From NCBI GenBank assembly GCA_965368975.1, contig CBDUPA010000003.1:32001-96000 (forward strand): DNA of 64,000 bases. Direction: 5' to 3'. A model generated the notes under the pieces. It did no database searches. It was not told the DNA's origin and was given only the letters and a program-made list of their open reading frames with translations. How positions within the stretch are numbered: position 1 is the first letter of the stretch; the number at the start of each line of letters is the position of its first letter. The position numbers and the translations under genes were made by a program. Positions 57,856 through 64,000 of this stretch are shown here, piece after piece. The stretch is from an uncultured bacterium (GTDB taxonomy: Bacteria; Acidobacteriota; Thermoanaerobaculia; Multivoradales; JAHZIX01).

Positions 57856-59127
57856 ATGTCGAATCCCTGCTGCTCCGTCTCGTTTCTGCTTCGAAATCTC
57901 TTCTTCGGCTGTCTCTTGACCCTCGGCAGCGCTGCCGCCTATCCCGCGCAGGGTGAGTCTCTGCAGGCCCGGACGGGAGGTGCTCTGGCCCTGGGCGAAG
58001 CGCTGGCGGTACAGGAGCAAGAGCTGCAGGCGAGTGGTGGTGTCTCTCGGCAGCCGTCGAGCTTGAGCGTCCGCTTGCAGCTGCCCGGCGACGCGCAGCG
58101 TGATCTGCAGCTTCCCGCGACGAGTCATCTGTCGGATCTGGCGGCGGTCGAGCAAGGATGGCTGCTGGCAGCGACAGTGGAGGCGGCGGACGGTCGGCGC
58201 CAGCTGTTCCTGCTCGGGGCGCCCGAGCGGCAGCCGGAGAGTGTCGAGTTGCGGCTGCCGGCGCCGGGGGGGCAACGGGCTGCTGTGCGGTGGCAGCCGG
58301 TGCTGCTGACGAAGCCGGACGGCGACCTGGCGGGGTTGGCCTGGCTCGAGGGGGATGGCTTGCGCTCGCTCTCGGTGCGGGCTGCGGCGTTCGAGGGAAC
58401 CTCGCCCTGGAGCCACGGAGCCGCTTGGAGCCTGCCGCAGGATGTAGCGCCGGCGGGGCCCGGCAGTCAGCTGGCGCTTGCTGGCGCGGTCTTGACCGAC
58501 GGCTCTTGGCTGCTGGTCTGGAGTGGCTTCGATGGGGAGGACGACGAGATCCTGTTTGCCCACCGATCGCCGAGCGGCGTCTGGAGCGGTCCAAGCGTGT
58601 TGCGGCTGCCGGGGGAGGGCGACAATCAGGTGCCGGACATCACGCCGACGGTGGCGGCGCTGGCGGGCGGCGGGGCGATGGTGGCTTGGAGCCGCTTCCA
58701 CCGGCTGGCCGATGGAACCTCGGGCTACCGCTTGCATCGGGCCGTGCTAGAAGTGACTGGACGTGACCAGGCACTGCCGTCTGCAGGCTCCGAGGCAGAG
58801 CGCTGGCAATGGCGCTCGCTCGCTACCGAGGAGGTAGGGACCGGCTTTCCGCACTTCATATCCGAGGGCGCGCAGCCGCGGCTGTTGTTCCAGACGGCTT
58901 GGCCCCGCTCGTGGACACTGCTCGAGCTGACGGTGCAGGGCGACGAGGTACGGCGTGCTCGCGGGGCTGCCGGAGCGCAGGTGGTACCAGTCCTCGAGGC
59001 GGCAAGAGGAGGGGCTGGACGCGACGAGGTTTTGCTGTGGCACTGGCCGGACGGAGAGCGGACGCGTGTCGAGACGGTGACCTGGGAAGCGGTGACGCGG
59101 GATGAGGGCGCGGAGGTCGAGCGATGA
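57856..59127 (+). CDS. Secreted hypothetical beta-rich protein
   Basis: Signal-like N-terminus from ATG 57856; Trp-rich repeats (LAWLEG, LVWSGFDG, VAWSRF); overlaps the next gene. Confidence 0.55.
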   Translation: MSNPCCSVSFLLRNLFFGCLLTLGSAAAYPAQGESLQARTGGALALGEALAVQEQELQASGGVSRQPSSLSVRLQLPGDAQRDLQLPATSHLSDLAAVEQGWLLAATVEAADGRRQLFLLGAPERQPESVELRLPAPGGQRAAVRWQPVLLTKPDGDLAGLAWLEGDGLRSLSVRAAAFEGTSPWSHGAAWSLPQDVAPAGPGSQLALAGAVLTDGSWLLVWSGFDGEDDEILFAHRSPSGVWSGPSVLRLPGEGDNQVPDITPTVAALAGGGAMVAWSRFHRLADGTSGYRLHRAVLEVTGRDQALPSAGSEAERWQWRSLATEEVGTGFPHFISEGAQPRLLFQTAWPRSWTLLELTVQGDEVRRARGAAGAQVVPVLEAARGGAGRDEVLLWHWPDGERTRVETVTWEAVTRDEGAEVER

Positions 59128-60335
59128 GCGCGACCAGGGGGGACGATGCGGTTTTCGTCCGGCGAAGCTCTCTCGGGTTGACCCAGAGGGCAGGACTTTG
59201 CAGTGCGCTTGTGCTCTGGGGGGCACTTCTGTCTTGGGGTTCACATCCCGTGGCAGCGCAGACGACAGTCTTCGTGGGCTTCGGCGACAGCATCACGGCG
59301 GGCACCGGTGACGATCCCGAGCGCGAGGAGACCGGGTACCCGCCGCGGCTGGAGGTGCTACTGGTCAGCGCTGGCGTCGATGCCCAGGTGATCAATGAGG
59401 GTGTCGGGGCCGAGCGCACGCCGGAGGGCCTGGCGCGACTGCCGGATGTCCTGGCCGGGCCAGGCAACGTGCTGCTGCTAATGGAAGGCACCAACGATAT
59501 TTCGCGGTCGATCTCCCCCGAGACGACGCTGTTCAATCTGAACGAGATGGCACGCCAGGCATCCTCGGCCGGCTGGCAGACGATCCACGCGACGTTGATT
59601 CCGCGTCTGCTGAACGCGCGCTTCGATCCCTCGAACACGGAGAATCAGCGCCTGTGCCAGCGCATCCGCAACCTGGCGGGGAACAACGGCCGGCAGTTGG
59701 TCGACCCGTTCGAGATCTACAGCAATTTGCCCGATCTCTATGGAACCTACTATTGGGACGATCCCATCGACCCCGTGGGGCATCCAAATCCGGCCGGCTA
59801 CGACGTGCTGGCGCGGGCCTTCTTCAACGTCATCACCGGGGTCGATGCGGTGGCTCCGGTCGCTGGCCTGGTGATTCCGGCGGATGGTGACTCGGGCGTG
59901 GCGCCGGATGTCGAGATTGAGGTCGACGTGTGGGATTTTGGCGACGGCATCGATCTCGCGGGCACCAGCGTGCTGGTCGATGGTGTGCCGGTGTCGGTGC
60001 AGGCGACGTCGAGCGCGGGACTGGCCCAGCTGCGGTATCGGCCGCCGCAGACGCTGTCGGGTGCCGTGACGCTCGTGTTGCAGAGTCGGGACGTTGCCGG
60101 CAACACCACGCAACGAGAGATTTCGCGCTTCACGATCACGGGCAGCGTGTCGCTGAACGGTGATCTCGACAGCGATGGCCGTGTCGACGGGCAGGATCTG
60201 ATTGCCTTCGCGCGTCGCTTCGGTGCCGTCCAGGGGCAGGCGCGCTATGCCGCTGCCGCGGATTTCAATCGCGACGGAACGATCAACGGCACGGATCTGG
60301 CGGTGCTGGCGGACAACTTCGGGCGTTCGCTCTGA
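59124..60335 (+). CDS. SGNH/GDSL hydrolase with Ig-like and dockerin-like C-terminal domains
   Basis: FGDSITAG, EGTNDI, DPVGHPN; GDLDSDGRVDGQDL and DFNRDGTINGTDL. Confidence 0.88.
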   Translation: MSATRGDDAVFVRRSSLGLTQRAGLCSALVLWGALLSWGSHPVAAQTTVFVGFGDSITAGTGDDPEREETGYPPRLEVLLVSAGVDAQVINEGVGAERTPEGLARLPDVLAGPGNVLLLMEGTNDISRSISPETTLFNLNEMARQASSAGWQTIHATLIPRLLNARFDPSNTENQRLCQRIRNLAGNNGRQLVDPFEIYSNLPDLYGTYYWDDPIDPVGHPNPAGYDVLARAFFNVITGVDAVAPVAGLVIPADGDSGVAPDVEIEVDVWDFGDGIDLAGTSVLVDGVPVSVQATSSAGLAQLRYRPPQTLSGAVTLVLQSRDVAGNTTQREISRFTITGSVSLNGDLDSDGRVDGQDLIAFARRFGAVQGQARYAAAADFNRDGTINGTDLAVLADNFGRSL

Positions 60336-60401
60336 CGAAGTCTCTCAGGGGTCTTCGCCCGGAGGCTGTGTGAGACTGCCGCCTTGGAACCCCGCAAGTC
60401 T

Positions 60402-61511
60402 CTACGCCGCGTTGATCTCCGCTTCCAAGTGGGCCGCTGCGATCTGGGCTCCTGACTGGACTGGCGGAGGCACGGAACTACGTTCTAGGAGTTCCGGTAG
60501 GTAGCGCGTCCAGCTGCCGTCCAGGAAACTGGCTTGCGGGATCTCGACGCCGCGCAAGTGCTGCCGCGCGAAGCCTGCGAGCACCGCGGATTCGGGGAAG
60601 CGTTCTCGCGGGACGTAGCCGAGCGGGCGGCCGGCTTGGTGGACCTCGGCGAGCGTGCTGTAGCCGAGCTTGCCGACCACAGCGTCGCAAGCGTTGACCA
60701 GATCCGGGTGAAAGAAGCCGGAGCGGTGGGGCAGCCGCCGCAGGCCGGGTCGTCGTACCGGCTGGTCGCTGGTACCGGGTACGACGAGGGTGAACCCGGA
60801 GGCGCACAACGCGTCGAGATCTTGGTAGTGCCACTGGATACCGCCCATGGTCACCAGCAGGAGCGGGCTGTCCGTGTCGACCTGCAGCCGCGCACGTACC
60901 GTGGCCCGGTCTTGACGGCAGGCACGGCTGATCGGGGGCACCTGAATGGCCTTCGAACTGGCACCCGGAGTGCAGCAAGGTGTTGCCTGGAAGTGTAGGT
61001 CGGCCTGGCCGAAGATGTCTTCGAGTTGGTCAGCGTACGGCCCGAGTCTCGGTTCGACGTCGAGGTAGGCGCGATAGATCCAGTCCCAGGTGAAGTTCTC
61101 GATCAGGACGGAAGGCAGGCCGGCTTGTTGGGCTATGGCCAGACCCAGCGGGGCGATGTCGCAGAGGACGGCGGAGCAGCCCAGCTCTGCCACCTGCGCT
61201 GCCAGTCGCCGCACGCGCTCGGGACGCAGGGGCAGCAACTCGGACAACCGTTCGACGGTCGCCGCGGGATCTTCCGTCAGCGCATCACGTTGCACCAGGC
61301 CTACGTCGCAGGCCTCTTGGTGGTAGCCGAAGGCGAAGGGGAGTGCGTCCTCGAAGAACCAGCGAGGCACAGTGGTGAAGAGCTCCGGGCGCAGTTCCGA
61401 GAGCCCCTGCTCTTGCCGCTGCTCTCTCCAGGCTTCGAGGATGGCGCAGGTGCGCGAGGAATGGCCGAAGCCGTGGGGTGTCAGGAAGCACGCGATGCGC
61501 AGAGGTACCAT
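60402..61511 (-). CDS. GT-B glycosyltransferase-like protein
   Basis: HGFGHSSR, ENFTWDWIY, VGKLGYST, RFPES. Confidence 0.8.
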   Translation of the reverse strand: MVPLRIACFLTPHGFGHSSRTCAILEAWREQRQEQGLSELRPELFTTVPRWFFEDALPFAFGYHQEACDVGLVQRDALTEDPAATVERLSELLPLRPERVRRLAAQVAELGCSAVLCDIAPLGLAIAQQAGLPSVLIENFTWDWIYRAYLDVEPRLGPYADQLEDIFGQADLHFQATPCCTPGASSKAIQVPPISRACRQDRATVRARLQVDTDSPLLLVTMGGIQWHYQDLDALCASGFTLVVPGTSDQPVRRPGLRRLPHRSGFFHPDLVNACDAVVGKLGYSTLAEVHQAGRPLGYVPRERFPESAVLAGFARQHLRGVEIPQASFLDGSWTRYLPELLERSSVPPPVQSGAQIAAAHLEAEINAA

Positions 61512-61561
61512 GGCTGTTCATCTTACTCTTGCTGCGAGTCGCGGTGGTAGGCTGCGCTGCC

Positions 61562-62374
61562 ATGGAAACGCTACCCATCCTCGACGGCGAGACCGCGGTC
61601 TCACACCTGGCGATCACGTACGAGCGTCCTGCCACCGAAGCCGACGCTGGCCTGGCGGTGCTGTACTTGCACGGCTTCGGCTCTAGTCAGAGTGGCGAGA
61701 AAGCGCAGTTCTTTCGTGCACGCTGCGTGGACGCCGGGTTGACGTTCTGCTCCTTCGACTTCCAGGGCCATGGTGCCAGCGGAGGTGGCATGTACGGGCT
61801 GTCGTTGTCCCGCAATCTGGAGGACACGCGCCGGGTCCATGACGAACTACGGCGGCGCGGGCACGGGCGGGTGATCGTGATGGGATCGTCGATGGGGGGC
61901 TGGACCGGGTTGTGGTACCTGGCGCGCCAGGTGCGCGAGGAGCCCGCAGAGGCAGCGCTTGCAGGGCTGTTTCTGGCGCCGGCAGTCGAGCTGGTCGACA
62001 AGTTTCTGCGCCTGCTCGGGCCGGACGGCGTCGCGGACTGGCAGCGCAAAGGGCAGCTGCGGGTGGAGAATGACTTGGTGCAGTGCGACCTCGGCTGGGG
62101 CCTGGTCGAGGATTACCAGCAACGGTACTCGAGGCAGGAGCTGCACGCTGGCGTGCGGGTGCCGTGTCTGCTCCTGCAGGGGCAGCAGGACGAGCAGGTC
62201 GACTGGCGCGCTGTCGCCGCCTTCGCCGAGGCGTGCGCACCGGCGGGTACGGAACTGCATCTCTTCGCTGAAGGGGATCATCGGCTGATCGACCGCAAGG
62301 AGCAGCTGTGGCGCTTGATGTTCGACTTCTTGCGCAGCCGCGGCTTGCTCTCCCGCCGAGGACCTACCGCCTAG
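61562..62374 (+). CDS. Alpha/beta hydrolase
   Basis: LHGFGS, GSSMGG nucleophile elbow, GDH. Confidence 0.9.
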   Translation: METLPILDGETAVSHLAITYERPATEADAGLAVLYLHGFGSSQSGEKAQFFRARCVDAGLTFCSFDFQGHGASGGGMYGLSLSRNLEDTRRVHDELRRRGHGRVIVMGSSMGGWTGLWYLARQVREEPAEAALAGLFLAPAVELVDKFLRLLGPDGVADWQRKGQLRVENDLVQCDLGWGLVEDYQQRYSRQELHAGVRVPCLLLQGQQDEQVDWRAVAAFAEACAPAGTELHLFAEGDHRLIDRKEQLWRLMFDFLRSRGLLSRRGPTA

Positions 62375-62392
62375 AGCCCGCTCGCCTTCCGT

Positions 62393-63205
62393 TCAGGTGC
62401 TGTCGCTAGCTTCTTGGCTGTCACGGTCCTTCAGCCGCGCGCCGCCCAGCGCTCCCACGACACCGCGCAGCGTCCGCACTTCGCTGTCGGTCAAGCCGGC
62501 TCGCTGCAGCAAGTTACGCAGGGTGCGCTGCATGATCGGCCGTTTCTCGGCGGGGTAGAAGTAGTTGGCGGCTTCGAGTTCGCTTTCCAGGTGCTCGAAC
62601 AGGGCGTAGAGTTCTTCTTTGTTCGCCGGACTCTCGTTGTGCTCGCGCACGGCGCTGGCCTTGCCGGGTGTCGAGGGCAGCTGGGGGTCGCCGGTCTGGT
62701 ACCACTCGTAGCCCAGCAGCAGTACGGCTTGCGCCAGGTTGAGCGAGCGAAAGGCAGGGTTGAGCGGCACCGCGACGACCGCGTCGGCGAGCACGATGTG
62801 GTCGTTGATCAGGCCGGCGCGCTCGGGGCCGAAGAGCAGGCCGCAGCGCTCGCCGGCGTCGTGATGGGTGCGCAGCTCGGCGGCAGTTTCCCGCGGTGTG
62901 AGTACTGGTTTGTTCATGTCGCGCGGGCGGGCGGTGGTCGCGTAGAGGTGCTGCAGGTCGGCAACGGCGCTCTCGACATCGTCGAACACGCGTGCGCTGT
63001 CGAGTACCGCGTCGGCACCGGAGGCGGCGGCGATGGCGTTGGGATTGGGCCAGCCGTCGCGAGGCGCTACCAGGCGCAGGTCGGTGAGCCCGCAGTTGAG
63101 CATGGCACGCGCGGTGGTGCCGATGTTCTGTCCCAGTTGCGGTGCGACCAGGATGATCGCCGGGCCGCCGAGGGTGGAGGTCAAGGAAGTGTCGGTGCCT
63201 GCCAT
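62393..63205 (-). CDS. trmJ: tRNA (cytidine/uridine-2'-O)-methyltransferase TrmJ family (SPOUT)
   Basis: PQLGQNIG..ARAMLNCG, LFGPERAGL, SLNLAQAV. Confidence 0.88.
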   Translation of the reverse strand: MAGTDTSLTSTLGGPAIILVAPQLGQNIGTTARAMLNCGLTDLRLVAPRDGWPNPNAIAAASGADAVLDSARVFDDVESAVADLQHLYATTARPRDMNKPVLTPRETAAELRTHHDAGERCGLLFGPERAGLINDHIVLADAVVAVPLNPAFRSLNLAQAVLLLGYEWYQTGDPQLPSTPGKASAVREHNESPANKEELYALFEHLESELEAANYFYPAEKRPIMQRTLRNLLQRAGLTDSEVRTLRGVVGALGGARLKDRDSQEASDST

Positions 63206-63307
63206 GGCCGCAGAGTCTATGCCATCTGGTCGCCAGGTACAGGCCACCTGGGCTGCTTCGGCTGAACGGGCGAGGCGGGTGTACCGCAAGGAGTCCGGGA
63301 GAAGCCC

Positions 63308-64000
63308 TCAGGACGACTGGCGCGGGCGTTCGCGAACGGGTACCGGCTGTGGGTTGTCGAGGCCGAGGCGGGCGAGCGCGGCGCCGGGATCCAGACGCCA
63401 CTGACGGCGGCCGTAGGGCAGAGCACCGCGTAGCAGGGCCTCGCGTACCGCCAGCGGGTCCGCGTGGCGGCGGTGTTGGAGTTGCAGGCCAAGGAGCAGG
63501 GCGGCGATCCCGGCGACGACCGCGGCGGCCAGCGCCGAGCTACCGTAGAGTTCGGGTCCCCCGGTCGTGTCCGTCAGCAGGGCTTCACCGGGGGCAAGCA
63601 GGTCTGTGTGCGCCGCCGGTTGGCCAGCGTCGTCCGCGCTCAGGGGGCGACCCAGGTGATCGAGCCCGTGCACGCGCAGGAGGGCTGGGGCGCGCCGTGG
63701 CGTTTCTCCGAGCAGCGGTGCCGGACACACGACCAAGACGTTCTGCTCGGCGCAGCGCTGCAGTGCTTCTTCTAGGAGTTGGGCATCCGTGTGTTGCAGC
63801 GCAGGTTCACAGCCACCGACGCAGATGACCTGGGCGCCGTGGTCGAGAGCCTGGCGGATCGCGGTGGCCAGTCGCAGTGGACGGCAGGCGGTGAGACCAC
63901 CGTTGCTGGCAGCGGCGTAGACCGGCAAGATCAACCCGCGGCACACGGGGGCCAAGCCGCGAACGCCGGGCTCTGTGCGACCGAACAGGATGCGGGCCAG
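63308..64000 (-). CDS. C-terminal part of a PatA/PatG-like S8 subtilase, apparently degenerate
   Basis: Frame is open to the window edge: LARILFG...GLAPVCRGLILPVY and AGIAALLLGLQ...DPLAVREALL match cyanobactin-protease patterns. Confidence 0.7.
   Translation of the reverse strand: MARILFGRTEPGVRGLAPVCRGLILPVYAAASNGGLTACRPLRLATAIRQALDHGAQVICVGGCEPALQHTDAQLLEEALQRCAEQNVLVVCPAPLLGETPRRAPALLRVHGLDHLGRPLSADDAGQPAAHTDLLAPGEALLTDTTGGPELYGSSALAAAVVAGIAALLLGLQLQHRRHADPLAVREALLRGALPYGRRQWRLDPGAALARLGLDNPQPVPVRERPRQSS

Overview
High-GC bacterial window. The aspS-aroB...ftsY-ribD-ribE gene order suggests Acidobacteriota, but that is only an inference. About 30.5 kb (4776-35268, + strand, 22 tightly coupled genes) is an apparently complete extracellular contractile injection system (eCIS; Afp/PVC-like). 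It encodes a sheath, tube, chaperone, DUF4255 cap, AAA+ ATPase, LysM/tube initiator, hub, gp5 spike, PAAR-like tip, gp25, two baseplate-J proteins, a gpI-like protein and a DUF6519/beta-helix fibre. Embedded in it are four translationally coupled DUF4157 genes that alternate [putative toxin]-[OmpA]-[putative toxin]-[OmpA], joined by a repeated ~22-bp junction. A GH18-like glycosidase with no signal peptide is transcribed divergently from the operon. The rest is mostly housekeeping and envelope genes (aroC, aspS, aroB, ftsY, ribD, ribE, ltaE, trmJ, HD-GYP, glycosyltransferases), many of which look leaderless (TANNNT 6-9 nt before the start codon). Other items of note: a DUF455/ATP-grasp pair, a LacI-type operator before a long untranslated region, a degenerate radical-SAM/HhH-like protein and a degenerate PatA/PatG-like protease at the right edge. 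No rRNA, tRNA, CRISPR array or transposase was found. All family calls come from recognising motifs by eye, not from database searches.
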